This document shows, one piece after another, positions 12,729 to 23,081 of a stretch of 64,000 bases of DNA. The notes under the pieces are model-generated. The model saw nothing but the letters and a program-made list of their open reading frames with translations. It had not been told where the DNA came from and ran no database searches. Both the position numbers and the translations under genes were made by a program. The DNA comes from Deltaproteobacteria bacterium. Lineage in GTDB: Bacteria > JAGRBM01 > JAHCIT01. Location: the NCBI GenBank assembly GCA_026129095.1, contig JAHCIT010000001.1, positions 434,245-498,244 of the forward strand, given 5' to 3'. Every line of letters begins with the position of its first letter. The stretch's first letter is position 1.

Positions 12729-13595
12729 TCATGGCAACGTAAAGACGCTCGCCTCAACCTTCACTTTATGGGCGAGCTTGACCGCACTCTTGTCGGATGC
12801 GGTTCCCAGCCCTGATGGCACTTCTACAGCCGGTAGCTTCACGCTCGGTTCAATTTCAACAGGCCCTTCCTGACCTTCGGCAAGCTGGAGAGCCCAACAG
12901 CCATCGTGCGTGGAATCCATTGCCAGCGACTGCGAAAAGAACGAATAGCGTGGACCGTGGCGGTCCAGCAGGGAGGCGTGGCCTTCCTTCCAGTGGCCAT
13001 GCCGGGCGGTTTCACCAGTGGCGGGATTAAAGATGTACTGGCAGCCCTGTGCATCCTCGGGATCAAGATCGGCAGCCTTGGCCTGGGTGATATCCTCGGA
13101 AGTGACTATAAACTCCCTCCGGATCCACCGGTGACGCGGCGTGCGACGAGGAGCAAGCTTGGTCCCTTCTACCAGCACCTGCCCAACACGCAGATCAAGA
13201 TCGTAACAGCGGCCAGCCGTCAGCAGCCACGATTCCGATGTCCAGGTCTTATCCGGGTGGGCAATGTTGACGCCGAAGATCACCTTCGTTTCCTGGTGAA
13301 AAGTATAAAATGCGGCCCGGAGCTCATCCTGAAACAGCTGAAAGTCGCCGGACCTGAGTCCGACAAATCCGCCGGGGAACAGGAAATATTCCGGCATGAA
13401 GCCAAGCCGGCGGGCCATGCTCAGCACAATGGCCGACAGAATGAATGTCTGTCCGCGAACGGCCCCCTGGCTTGCGGGGGTAGATGCGACAGTCTGCCGC
13501 TCACCAAAGGCACCATCCGAAAGATCGAGGCCTTGGGCCATACCACGGGAAATCGTGGTAGTTTCAGCGCGACCGGTAACGCAGCAAATGTTCAT
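12729..13595 (-). CDS. Hypothetical protein, possibly degenerate nitrilase fold
   Basis: 288-aa ORF with AGAGGG RBS; YFLFPGGF and VIFGV resemble CN-hydrolase strands. Confidence 0.5.
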   Translation of the reverse strand: MNICCVTGRAETTTISRGMAQGLDLSDGAFGERQTVASTPASQGAVRGQTFILSAIVLSMARRLGFMPEYFLFPGGFVGLRSGDFQLFQDELRAAFYTFHQETKVIFGVNIAHPDKTWTSESWLLTAGRCYDLDLRVGQVLVEGTKLAPRRTPRHRWIRREFIVTSEDITQAKAADLDPEDAQGCQYIFNPATGETARHGHWKEGHASLLDRHGPRYSFFSQSLAMDSTHDGCWALQLAEGQEGPVEIEPSVKLPAVEVPSGLGTASDKSAVKLAHKVKVEASVFTLP

Positions 13596-13790
13596 GGTGT
13601 ATTCAACCCTCTGTTAATGAATGACGGGTGCAGGAAAGAGCCCGATTCGTCCCGCCCGGAACACCGGGGGAGGTTGGCTAACACCCTCCATGAGGGAGGG
13701 TCAATAGGCGCTAACGCGAAGACCCCCAAACACCGAAACGGGCTAATCCGCTGGAATGCCTCCAGCCCCATTAAATTCCGTCATCAGATG

Positions 13791-14162
13791 CTATTTTTCA
13801 GGGGAATCTGGTGACTCTGCGGCTATCTGAGCCGCTGTGCTTGATCCAGCAACCGGAGATCTGGGCTGCGCGTCCTTGGCGTCACCACCCAAATTCACCC
13901 GTTCTTTCAGCTCCTTACCGACCTTGAAGAACGGGAGCCGCTTGTTCGCAACGCTTATGGCTTCGCCGGTTTTGGGATTACGGCCCGTATAGGCACCATA
14001 GTACCGGTTTTCGAACGAACCAAAGCCGCGAATCTCAATACGCTCGTTATTCTTGAGCGCCTCGACCATCTGATCGAAGATGAGATTGACGACCTTTTCC
14101 GCCTTGATCAGCGGCAGGTTGTGCCTTTCGGCCAGTGCCTGGATGAGCTCTGACTTATTCAT
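13791..14162 (-). CDS. ihfB: Integration host factor beta subunit
   Basis: MNKSELI, RIEIRGFGSF, GRNPKTGE, PFFKVGKELKERVN. Confidence 0.92.
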   Translation of the reverse strand: MNKSELIQALAERHNLPLIKAEKVVNLIFDQMVEALKNNERIEIRGFGSFENRYYGAYTGRNPKTGEAISVANKRLPFFKVGKELKERVNLGGDAKDAQPRSPVAGSSTAAQIAAESPDSPEK

Positions 14163-14371
14163 TACACCAAATACCTAATTATCTTGTAATTATCCTAGGT
14201 TACGGAGACCTGTCAAGCGGACTTTTTATTGCCCGGTTTCTCAAATATCCAGAATGACTAAAGAAACCCGGGAAAATGGCTCCAGAAGCTCAAAAAGCCG
14301 CAAATTCCTGAATTTACAGGGAGTTGGCCTGATCCGAACCCTACATCAGAACATCCGGATACATTTCGGCC

Positions 14372-16513
14372 TCAATCCGGAAGAATACGGAATTCGACAC
14401 GCCGGTTACGGGCACGCTTAAGCTCCGTATCGTCCGGAACTACCAGCGGAACGCTTTCTCCATAACCGACAGCCGTGAGGCGGCCCTGCTCGATTCCGCC
14501 CCGCTCGATCAGCCAGTTACGTACCGAATCCGCCCGGGCCTGGGAAAGTTTCCGGTTTACCGCATCAGAACCGCGGGTATCAGTATGGCCGCCGATCTCT
14601 ACCCGGAGCTTGGGGTTTTCGCGCAGCATCTCGGCCACTTCACTCAAGATCGGGAAGGACTGCTCAAGTATCGCCGCCTTTCCGGTCACGAACAGGATCA
14701 TTTGCCCGATCTCCAGCCGGTCATCTTTCACTTCGACCATCCGTTTACGTTCAATAACCGGCTTCTTCTTCAGGACGAAGTCGTGAACCAGTATCTGATC
14801 CGCCACAAGCCCGAACTTGAAGGTTTCATCAAAGTAACCGACGGCCGATGCGGTAGCTGAGTACTGTCCCGGCGAGAAAGTGAACCGGAAGGCTCCTATG
14901 CCAGCCTCGGTTTCGGTCCGTTCAGAACGGCCATCCATACGAACTACACCCGCAACCAGATTTCCGTCTTCATCGCGCACAGTACCCTGGAAAACTGCCA
15001 TTTCCGGCGGTGCTTCCTTCGGACGCTGCAGGAGACATTCAGTCAAGGTTGTCTGTCCGGCGATGACTTCGACCGTTACCCGACCGGGCATCGGATATCC
15101 CTGGTAATGACACTCGACCTCGACCGGCCCAGCCTCAAATTCATAGCTTGTGAACGCACCCGTATCCTTGTCGGTGATCTGGTCGGTCAGACCACGGTCG
15201 GGATAGCGGACCATGGCCCGTCCAATCGGCTCGAACGTATCCTTGTCGCGCACATACCCAGCGATCTTGCCTTTGGTAACCGCAATGATCTGCCGCTCTT
15301 GCGGTTCAATCAGCGGTATGGGAGGCGGAGGCGGTTCAGGCAGTCCGAGGTAAGCTACCTGGAGAATAAGATTCCAGTCCGGATCAATGGCTATCTGCGG
15401 GTTGGGATTCTGCACCAAGGCGAATTCGCTCCCGACAGAAGCCACAAACTGCTTGGTCGGATAAAACCGAACGCCCAGTCCAAGCCGTTGCGGCGACTGC
15501 CCGAAATTGAAACCGGGTGGGCCGCCAGTAATGCCATCCATCCCCCACTCGAGGAAGAACGTAAGGTAGCGACGAATCACATACTCGCCACCCAGGCGAA
15601 TCGGTATCAGGTTGGAATCAGGGCGATGCAATGCGAACCGGAGAATAGTGTTGGTCGGGTCAGCTCGCGGATCAGGATTGCCACCAGGAGTAGTCGCCGG
15701 CAGAAAGGTGCGGGTGCCCTTGTATCCGTTCCACTGGTATCCGAGGTTCAGGTGAAACCGGAGAGGCAGATTTCGCTGGGTCGGGTCAATATCGCTGGGT
15801 GCCGCGACATCCCATGTTCCACCCACACTGACTTCATAGGATGTCTGTCCGAATTTGAGTCCGATGTTATTCACTTCGGACGGTACCTGCATGAACAGCC
15901 CCAGATAGCCTGAAAAGTCGCGTTTGTGATCCTCATTTGGATTGGTGAACGAAAGCTTGAGACCAGCATTCATGCCTGTAATCTGGACCAGCCGGATCTT
16001 GTCTGGGTCCACAAAAGTGGGGTTGGCACCTGTTACGGTTACACCGGACCACAAGGGCGCGACCGTAACTTCCAAACCTACGCCATAGTCTTCCCAGTCG
16101 ACCGGTTCCCAGTAAGGGACCCAAGAGACGTGAAACGTGCTTGTAAGGCGCTTGGTCTTCGAGTCCGAAAGCAAAAAGCCGTCGGCGACGAATATCTCCG
16201 TGGCGAGACCCAGCGTAAATGTATCACGGGGCATGATTTCAGAAGAATGAGTCCGAAAGAGGCCGACCGATCCCGATATGTCGGGTGCTAGCGGGCGACG
16301 CTGGTTCTGTGCATAAACCGTAGAAGCAGACACTGGAAGCAGCAGGAAGAACAGCGCAAGCCATGCCGCCGCAGCAAGCTCCCGCTTTCCACTGATCCCG
16401 CACCAGTTAACGGTGGGCCTGATGGTTTGGTTCTGGTTATGCACCCGCGTCAGAAATCCCACCCAATATGCCCGGGGTGCTTCACCGAAGTAAAAGCTCT
16501 TGATACGCTTCAA
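14372..16513 (-). CDS. OmpA-family outer membrane protein (beta-barrel, Pro linker, two carboxypeptidase-regulatory-like domains, OmpA C domain); start uncertain
   Basis: GHTDTRGS..NRKLSQARA, GYGES.P, RNRRVEF; PEPPPPP linker; signal peptide ending VYA-Q. Confidence 0.85.
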   Translation of the reverse strand: MKRIKSFYFGEAPRAYWVGFLTRVHNQNQTIRPTVNWCGISGKRELAAAAWLALFFLLLPVSASTVYAQNQRRPLAPDISGSVGLFRTHSSEIMPRDTFTLGLATEIFVADGFLLSDSKTKRLTSTFHVSWVPYWEPVDWEDYGVGLEVTVAPLWSGVTVTGANPTFVDPDKIRLVQITGMNAGLKLSFTNPNEDHKRDFSGYLGLFMQVPSEVNNIGLKFGQTSYEVSVGGTWDVAAPSDIDPTQRNLPLRFHLNLGYQWNGYKGTRTFLPATTPGGNPDPRADPTNTILRFALHRPDSNLIPIRLGGEYVIRRYLTFFLEWGMDGITGGPPGFNFGQSPQRLGLGVRFYPTKQFVASVGSEFALVQNPNPQIAIDPDWNLILQVAYLGLPEPPPPPIPLIEPQERQIIAVTKGKIAGYVRDKDTFEPIGRAMVRYPDRGLTDQITDKDTGAFTSYEFEAGPVEVECHYQGYPMPGRVTVEVIAGQTTLTECLLQRPKEAPPEMAVFQGTVRDEDGNLVAGVVRMDGRSERTETEAGIGAFRFTFSPGQYSATASAVGYFDETFKFGLVADQILVHDFVLKKKPVIERKRMVEVKDDRLEIGQMILFVTGKAAILEQSFPILSEVAEMLRENPKLRVEIGGHTDTRGSDAVNRKLSQARADSVRNWLIERGGIEQGRLTAVGYGESVPLVVPDDTELKRARNRRVEFRILPD

Positions 16514-16804
16514 CCGGCGAACCCTCGGACCCGTTGCTCCCGATATCGAGCGACAACCTTAGGTTGCCCTATGGCGGAAGTCAGATACCACTATTAATAC
16601 CCTTAAACTCTAGGAGCCGGGAAAAGCTCCGGGCAACGAAAAACTTGTAAATGCAGGTAGTTATGTTGCAGCTACAAATGCCGGGAATCAGTCGCAAGCC
16701 GCACATCATGACGCTGCGCGTTAGCTTGACGTGATCAATATTGCCGAGATAAACTGGGCCGCAGCAAACGCTGCGCCCCGGAAATAGCACAACCGGAAAC
16801 TGCG

Positions 16805-17254
16805 CTATTCTGCCGCAGTTCCGCTTTCATCCACCGGGACCGCATCTGCCGCCCCTGTATCCCCAGCCGGGGCGGCCTCAGTCGAAGCCCCGGCCGCACC
16901 TTCCAGAAGCCGTGCCACTTCGGCCCGTGCTCCTTCCGTGTGAATACTGATGTCAGTCATCGACCGGGCTTCCAGAACCACAAATACCGCAAAAATCCCC
17001 AAGAACAGCACTGGCGCGGCCGCAATGGCTGCCAGTTTTCTGGGCTCCCACTTGAGATGCATGTATATCCTGGCAACCAGATAGGCCTTCAGCGCGGCCA
17101 TCCCGACAAGCGAAATCACCATAATGGCGCCACGCATGTAAATGGCTGCAGCCACTTCAGCGATTGTCAGTACAAACAGGGCGCCCCATATGGCCATGTA
17201 AGTCTGGGTGTAATCATGGGCCTCTGCATGCTGCTGGGTTGCGGATTCAGACAC
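16805..17254 (-). CDS. ctaF: Cytochrome c oxidase subunit IV (caa3 type)
   Basis: YMAIWGALFVLTIAEV, KAYLVARIYMHLKWE; GTG start after GGAG. Confidence 0.8.
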   Translation of the reverse strand: MSESATQQHAEAHDYTQTYMAIWGALFVLTIAEVAAAIYMRGAIMVISLVGMAALKAYLVARIYMHLKWEPRKLAAIAAAPVLFLGIFAVFVVLEARSMTDISIHTEGARAEVARLLEGAAGASTEAAPAGDTGAADAVPVDESGTAAE

Positions 17255-17291
17255 GGTATTTTCTCCCTGGAATGGTGGTTCGCCGGAACAT

Positions 17292-17954
17292 TCAGATGAG
17301 GTAGACAAACGTGAAAACGAGAATCCAGACGAGATCAACGAAGTGCCAAAAAAGGCCTGCCACTTCAACCGCCTGGTAGTTGTCTTCGGTAAACTTGCCA
17401 CTCATCGCACGAAGCGTAATGACGATCAGGTATACAACACCGGAAAATACGTGCATCCCATGGAACCCCGTCAGGGCATAGAAGGTCGAACCAAAGAGAT
17501 GATTCGTCAGCGTAATGCCCTCACCAATCAGATGTGCGTACTCATAAACCTGGCACCCCAGGAAAAAGATTCCGCCGCCCACAGTAACCCATAGCCAGCG
17601 CACAAGCCCCGCCTGATCACCCCGCTGGATGGCGGCGATCGAGAGCACCATCGAGACGCTTGAGCAGATCAGGATGAACGTCATGATGGAAGTAAGCGTA
17701 ATGCCGAGAACATAGTGCGGAATCGGCCAGTTGAACTTGAGGGCACTCCAGTTGGCAGTCTCGGTGAAAAATTCAGCGCCCAGAGCCTCGGGCAGCGGAA
17801 TATGGGTATAGCGGATCAGAAAATAAGCACCGATCAGGCCGCCGAACCACATGGCATCCGAGCCTAGATACAGCCACATTCCCATCTTGAGGTTACGGAC
17901 CGGCGCAAATCGTTCAAACTGCTCGCCCGGAACCTTTGCCACACCTGCTGACAT
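17292..17954 (-). CDS. ctaE: Cytochrome c oxidase subunit III
   Basis: GMWLYLGSD, FYALTGFHGMHV, GLFWHFVDLVW. Confidence 0.92.
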   Translation of the reverse strand: MSAGVAKVPGEQFERFAPVRNLKMGMWLYLGSDAMWFGGLIGAYFLIRYTHIPLPEALGAEFFTETANWSALKFNWPIPHYVLGITLTSIMTFILICSSVSMVLSIAAIQRGDQAGLVRWLWVTVGGGIFFLGCQVYEYAHLIGEGITLTNHLFGSTFYALTGFHGMHVFSGVVYLIVITLRAMSGKFTEDNYQAVEVAGLFWHFVDLVWILVFTFVYLI

Positions 17955-18073
17955 TATCTTCTTCCCCTCGCCGGAAAAACGTATAAAAACCGGCCGGTCT
18001 AACCCGCACCTGAGCTACCGCCGGATGCCCCTAGCTACAACGGGAACAGCCACAGGGCAAGAGGGGGTTCTAC

Positions 18074-19345
18074 CTATGGCATAACTGATGTTTCGGCGAG
18101 ATCCAGCGCTCCTGGATCGGTCACATAAACATTCACCAGTTGGCCCGGCAAAGGTGTCTCCTCATTCTCGCCAATCACAATAAGCCCATTGGACCGGGCC
18201 AGCGCCGACACCACAGCCGACGACTGGATGCCCGCTGAACTGACAACCAGTCCACTGCCCTCGCGGGAAACTACCGCCCGGAGAAAGTAGGTTATACCGG
18301 GTTTGGTCTTTACTGTTCCGTCGAGTTTCGCCTGAACGAGGGGTGGAAACACCACTCTCTCTCCTTTCATCCGGCGGATCGCCGGGCGAGCGTACATTTC
18401 GTAACAAACCAGACAGGAAACCGGGTTACCCGGAAGGCCAAAAAACGGCTTGCTGGCCGCTCCCCCCTTGAGCCAGCCAAAAGTCATCGGGGCACCGGGG
18501 CGCTGTTTCACTTTCCAGAAATCCAGTTCCAGTCCTGCCTGTGTGAGCGCGTCGTGGACAAGGTCATAATCACCCACGGACACTCCAGCCGTGGAAACTA
18601 CCACATCCACCGAGTCCCTGAGCTCAAGCACCCGGTCCCGAATTTTTTCCAGCTGGTCAGGAATAATTCCGCCGTAGGTCACCTCGCTGCCCTCGGCTTC
18701 AAGTGCGGCTTTCAGGGCCCAGGCGTTCGAATTGACAGTTTTCCAGCCGCCCGTGTCCGCGTCAGGTTCCACCAGTTCATCACCAGTGGAAATGATTGCC
18801 ACCTTGGGACGGCGGTGAACCTTTACGAAAGTACGGCCCAAGAGCGCCAGCAGAGCCACTGAACCAGATGCAATCCTGTGTCCAGCTGGGAACACCAGAT
18901 CGCCAGGCTTTATATCTTCACCGGACCGGCGAACATTTTCCCCCGGCCTGGGTGACTGCCGGAACCGGGGGTTTCCGCCAGAAACCTCGACATTTTCCTG
19001 TATGACCACCGCATCGGCGCCTTCGGGAAAAATGCCGCCGGTGAATATCCGATGCGTCTCTCCAGCTTCCAGTCTTTTTTGCGGCATTACGCCAGCGGGA
19101 ATTTCGGCGGTGAGACGAAGCGCGACAGGGTTCGTCTCACTGGCTCCAGCAAGATCGGCCGTTCGCACTGCATATCCATCCATAGCTGAATTGTCCTGCG
19201 GCGGAATTGTGCGAGTCGAGTAAACCGGTTCGTAGAGAATACGGCCGCCGGCAGAACCCAGCTGAACTGTCTCCCCCGGCAATGGCTTCACCTGGGATAC
19301 AATCCGGTTCTGCGCTTCGCCTACATGCAAACGCCCATCAGCCAT
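18074..19345 (-). CDS. moeA: Molybdopterin molybdenumtransferase
   Basis: SAMDGYAV, GADAVVIQE, STGDEL, GVSVGDYD, GLPGNPVS. Confidence 0.95.
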   Translation of the reverse strand: MADGRLHVGEAQNRIVSQVKPLPGETVQLGSAGGRILYEPVYSTRTIPPQDNSAMDGYAVRTADLAGASETNPVALRLTAEIPAGVMPQKRLEAGETHRIFTGGIFPEGADAVVIQENVEVSGGNPRFRQSPRPGENVRRSGEDIKPGDLVFPAGHRIASGSVALLALLGRTFVKVHRRPKVAIISTGDELVEPDADTGGWKTVNSNAWALKAALEAEGSEVTYGGIIPDQLEKIRDRVLELRDSVDVVVSTAGVSVGDYDLVHDALTQAGLELDFWKVKQRPGAPMTFGWLKGGAASKPFFGLPGNPVSCLVCYEMYARPAIRRMKGERVVFPPLVQAKLDGTVKTKPGITYFLRAVVSREGSGLVVSSAGIQSSAVVSALARSNGLIVIGENEETPLPGQLVNVYVTDPGALDLAETSVMP

Positions 19346-19480
19346 ATCGAAAATCCCCCTTTGCTCATCGTCTTAACCATGAGACCCTGTTTCCTGGTTT
19401 CGCAAGTGGCCCGAAAGGGCAGCACCGGATAATCTAAGGCCGCTGCCACCTGTCAGGGAGACAGCAGGACGGATCCATTT

Positions 19481-20065
19481 ATGACCATGAGCATCCATGA
19501 TTTTTTCCGCGGACGAGATGTGAATATCCGCGAACTGTCGGACTATATCGAGCGCCTTCCATCCACGATCCGGATTGAAGAGGCATGTTCCCTTTCCGGT
19601 GACGAGCAGTCCGCGCTGTGGGAAGTTTCAGCGGGTTTTCGACCGGTAACCATCGAGGATTTCGTACCGGCTTCGGTCCCCGCCATGACACAGGTGATTC
19701 ATCACGGAAAAAATTCGCTGCCTATGTTCAGCCGGTTCCAGAAACGGTTCTGCCGGCCAGATGAACCCGGCTCCACCGAACTATGGGGCTATAACCACCA
19801 GGCCATGGCACCATTTACCGGACCTGGATATTTTGTCACACGCGATGCTCCGGCAGGTGAGGTCGTCATCGATTACCTTAGGGTGCCGCCGAGGAAACCC
19901 CACGGTTGGCCAAAGATTATGCCCAATTCGGCACGGCTCTCGCGGTTTATCTACTACCTCACGCAGGATTTCATGCGCGGAGTGTCCACTCACGTCACCA
20001 TCGGACGGGCCACCCGCAAGGGAAAGCCCATGGATAACTGGTTCGTGCTCTGCCGTGAAGACTGA
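19481..20065 (+). CDS. Conserved hypothetical protein
   Basis: 194-aa ORF with protein-like motifs (HHGKNSLP, FQKRFCRP, GPGYFV, DFMRGVS). Confidence 0.7.
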   Translation: MTMSIHDFFRGRDVNIRELSDYIERLPSTIRIEEACSLSGDEQSALWEVSAGFRPVTIEDFVPASVPAMTQVIHHGKNSLPMFSRFQKRFCRPDEPGSTELWGYNHQAMAPFTGPGYFVTRDAPAGEVVIDYLRVPPRKPHGWPKIMPNSARLSRFIYYLTQDFMRGVSTHVTIGRATRKGKPMDNWFVLCRED

Positions 20066-20075
20066 TTCCCGTGAT

Positions 20076-21608
20076 TCAGTGCACTGACGTTTCCAGGTAA
20101 TCCGCCAGTATTCGAACGCCCCAGCCAGTCGCACCACGCGGGTGATATCTCGACGGCCCCGATAGCCATGCGGTTCCCGCGATATCGCAATGAGCCCATG
20201 GGGTCTTGGGGTCCACAAACTCTCTCAGAAATGCCGCTGCTGTCAGCGTGCCCGCGTCTGGGCCGCCGGTATTTTTTAGATCGGCAATCTTGCTCTTTAC
20301 GAGATCCAGGTAGTCCTGATGAAATGGCAAACGCCACAAAAGGTCGCCCGTACGTGAAGCTGACTCCAGCAGGGATGCGGACAGTTTGTCGTCATTGGAG
20401 ATCAGCCCCGCGAAGGTGTGGCCGAGCGATACCACGCAGGCACCAGTAAGCGTTGCCAGATCAATGATCGCCCGTGGCTTGTATTTTTTCGCGTAGTCCA
20501 GCGCATCAATCAGGAGCATACGGCCTTCGGCATCGGTATTCAGGACCTCGACCGTTTTCCCGCTCCGGCTTGTGATAATATCTCCCGGCCGATAGGCACG
20601 GCCCGACGGCATGTTCTCGGTGCAGGGAGCGAGGCCGATGACGTTTACCTTCGGACTCAGCTCTTTCAGGGCCGCGAACAGCCCGATTACGGCGGCCGCG
20701 CCGGACATGTCATGTTTCATTTCGTCCATCTTGGCGACCGGTTTGAGCGATATTCCGCCCGTATCGAAGGTTACACCCTTGCCCACCACGACAACCGGAG
20801 CCTTCGAAGAAGCCGTTCCGCGATATTGCAAAACAATGAACCGGCACGGTTCCTCGGCACCTTGGGCCACTGCCAGGAACGCACCCATTTTCTCCTTGCG
20901 GATCTCGGCCGGGCCGAAAATTTTCACGGTGATCTGGCGTGATCCAGACGCCGTCTTTCGCGCCTGGTCGGCAAGGTGCGATGGCGTTGCGTAGTTGGCC
21001 GGCAGATTGGAAAGATCGCGTGCAAGACATGTGGCGCGGGCCAGCACCTCGCCGCGCTTCAGGCCACCTGCGAACCGGGCGGACTGTTTCATTCCCTCCG
21101 GAATCACCCCAATACGGGCTGGCAGCTTGCCGCTCGCTCCATTCGACTCCTGGCTGCTCGTACTCTTGCGAAACCGGTCAAACCGGTATCCGCCCAAAAC
21201 AAGACCTTCGGCCGCTGCCTGTGCAAAATCCTGTTCGTCAGCGCCCTTCGGGGGCTTCACCGCAACCGCCACGGTGAGTGATTTCGCCTTGCTGTCGGCG
21301 GCCCGGTTACCGACCCGCGAAAGTGCCAGACGCACACTGTCCAGCGTAAAGTTTTTCTCTGTTCCAAGACCGACCAGAAGGACCTGTCCGATATGATCAC
21401 TACCCGAGTCGACCAGATGGATCTGCTCCCCCGCCTTGGCCTTGAACTTCTGCCGTTTCCCGGCGCGTATGAGCGAAGCCGAAAGCCCCACAGGAAGCCC
21501 CCTGAACGGCTTTAAGCCGCCCTTATCCGGCGTATCCGAAACGACAATTGCCAACAGGTCGGTTTTCAGGGCGGGCGAAAGTGTTTTCTGCACGTCAAAC
21601 CGGGTCAC
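20076..21608 (-). CDS. pepA: Leucyl aminopeptidase (M17)
   Basis: VGKGVTFDTGGISLK, MKHDMSG, NTDAEGR, DLATLTGA, HCDIAG. Confidence 0.95.
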   Translation of the reverse strand: MTRFDVQKTLSPALKTDLLAIVVSDTPDKGGLKPFRGLPVGLSASLIRAGKRQKFKAKAGEQIHLVDSGSDHIGQVLLVGLGTEKNFTLDSVRLALSRVGNRAADSKAKSLTVAVAVKPPKGADEQDFAQAAAEGLVLGGYRFDRFRKSTSSQESNGASGKLPARIGVIPEGMKQSARFAGGLKRGEVLARATCLARDLSNLPANYATPSHLADQARKTASGSRQITVKIFGPAEIRKEKMGAFLAVAQGAEEPCRFIVLQYRGTASSKAPVVVVGKGVTFDTGGISLKPVAKMDEMKHDMSGAAAVIGLFAALKELSPKVNVIGLAPCTENMPSGRAYRPGDIITSRSGKTVEVLNTDAEGRMLLIDALDYAKKYKPRAIIDLATLTGACVVSLGHTFAGLISNDDKLSASLLESASRTGDLLWRLPFHQDYLDLVKSKIADLKNTGGPDAGTLTAAAFLREFVDPKTPWAHCDIAGTAWLSGPSRYHPRGATGWGVRILADYLETSVH

Positions 21609-21896
21609 AAATGGTCTCCTTAAATCAAGGCGGCACAGCCTACCTCAAGAGTCCCCGACGCTAAGGTGCTGTCGCTATAACCGGGCACCCCGAGCGGTTC
21701 AATGGGGCAGGAAAGCGCTTCCATCGAGGAAATTCCCCGGATTCATATTTTTCTTGACACAACGCGGCCCGGTAGCAGTAAGCTCCCGCCCCGGTGGGAA
21801 CCGGCCTGGCTGAAGACCGGTTTTTCAAGGTGAGGGCGTTTTCTGACAGCACTTGACACATCGCAACGGCGCAAGCTTGAGGAGTCCATCATCCGG

Positions 21897-23024
21897 ATGG
21901 CCTCCAAAGGTGTTCTCAAATCCCGGGAATTTGGCCGTAAGCTGGACGGTCTCACCCGGGAATACGGCAAGCAGGCGTATTCTGAACTGTTCCGTGTACT
22001 GGCGCATGTTGATCTGAAACCGGCGGTAGCCGAAAGCCACTGGCGAGAGGTAGTCGCCCACCAGAAAGATATGGCCACCCGGATGGGGCGGCCAGTCGAT
22101 CTGCGTGTGGCCATGCTTGACCATTTCCTTACTATCCGGCGCAAGCTCAAGAATCCGACAATCCTCGAGTTCCGCGTTTATCAGGCAACCGAGCGGTCAT
22201 CTATCCAGGATGAACTGACCGGGCTGTACAACTATCGCTACTTCAACAATGCCCTCGACCGGGAATTCAGGCGCTCCACCCGATATGGCGGCGTCCTGTC
22301 GGTACTCATTTTCGACATAGACAACTTCAAGCTTTACAACGACCAGAACGGTCACGTGGCAGGCAATGCCGTTCTTTACAAGATAGCGAAAATCATGAAG
22401 ACCAAGGTGCGTGATGTGGACACCCTTGCCCGCTACGGCGGCGAGGAGTTTGCCATCATCCTTCCTGAAACCACCAAGCAGGGAGCGATGATGGTGGCTG
22501 AACGCATCCGTCATGCCATTGAAGCGGCGGCATTTCCATTCTCGGCGAAAATGCCAGGCGGGAAACTCACCGTATCAGGTGGCCTTGCCACCAGTCCGTT
22601 CGATGCCCGCACAGCGACAGCCTTGCTGGAAAATGCCGACCGCGCCCTCTACCTCGCCAAGGGCGAAGGGAAAAACTGCGTCCGGACGTTCATAACTGAA
22701 ACCCGGTCGTTCACCCGTGTCCCCGCAAAAGTACTCGGCCAGTTCCGGCTCTTGTCGCACCACACAGGAATTATCGCTACCAAGAACCTGTCCAAAAATG
22801 GCCTGCTGTTCGAGTCGAAAGCGCCCATGCCAATCGGATCAATCATCGAACTGGGCATCCGCCTTACCCAGCGCAAGAGCATCAGGCTCAAGGCCAGTGT
22901 GGTCCGTGTGGAAAGTGCGGGAGAAAACCGGTTCGATATCGGAGTTATCATCACCCGGATTAGCGCTGCCGACCGCAAGGCGCTCGACCATTTTATCGAT
23001 TCCCGGGTTCCGGATTCAGAATAG
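21897..23024 (+). CDS. Diguanylate cyclase with C-terminal PilZ domain
   Basis: DELTGLYN, DIDNFK.YND..GH, RDVD I-site, RYGGEEF; RSFTR and NLSKNG PilZ motifs. Confidence 0.9.
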   Translation: MASKGVLKSREFGRKLDGLTREYGKQAYSELFRVLAHVDLKPAVAESHWREVVAHQKDMATRMGRPVDLRVAMLDHFLTIRRKLKNPTILEFRVYQATERSSIQDELTGLYNYRYFNNALDREFRRSTRYGGVLSVLIFDIDNFKLYNDQNGHVAGNAVLYKIAKIMKTKVRDVDTLARYGGEEFAIILPETTKQGAMMVAERIRHAIEAAAFPFSAKMPGGKLTVSGGLATSPFDARTATALLENADRALYLAKGEGKNCVRTFITETRSFTRVPAKVLGQFRLLSHHTGIIATKNLSKNGLLFESKAPMPIGSIIELGIRLTQRKSIRLKASVVRVESAGENRFDIGVIITRISAADRKALDHFIDSRVPDSE

Positions 23025-23081
23025 ACAACATTCGCCACAACGGCTTGCCAGCCGGTGCGGGCGCGTCTACAGGTGCCGCCC

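Noticed and set aside
12906-13814. 302-aa + strand ORF
   Set aside because: Overlaps the minus-strand 288-aa ORF, which has an RBS and matches neighbour orientation; no recognisable motifs
19346-19480. Moco riboswitch upstream of moeA
   Set aside because: No recognisable conserved motif in this short divergent gap
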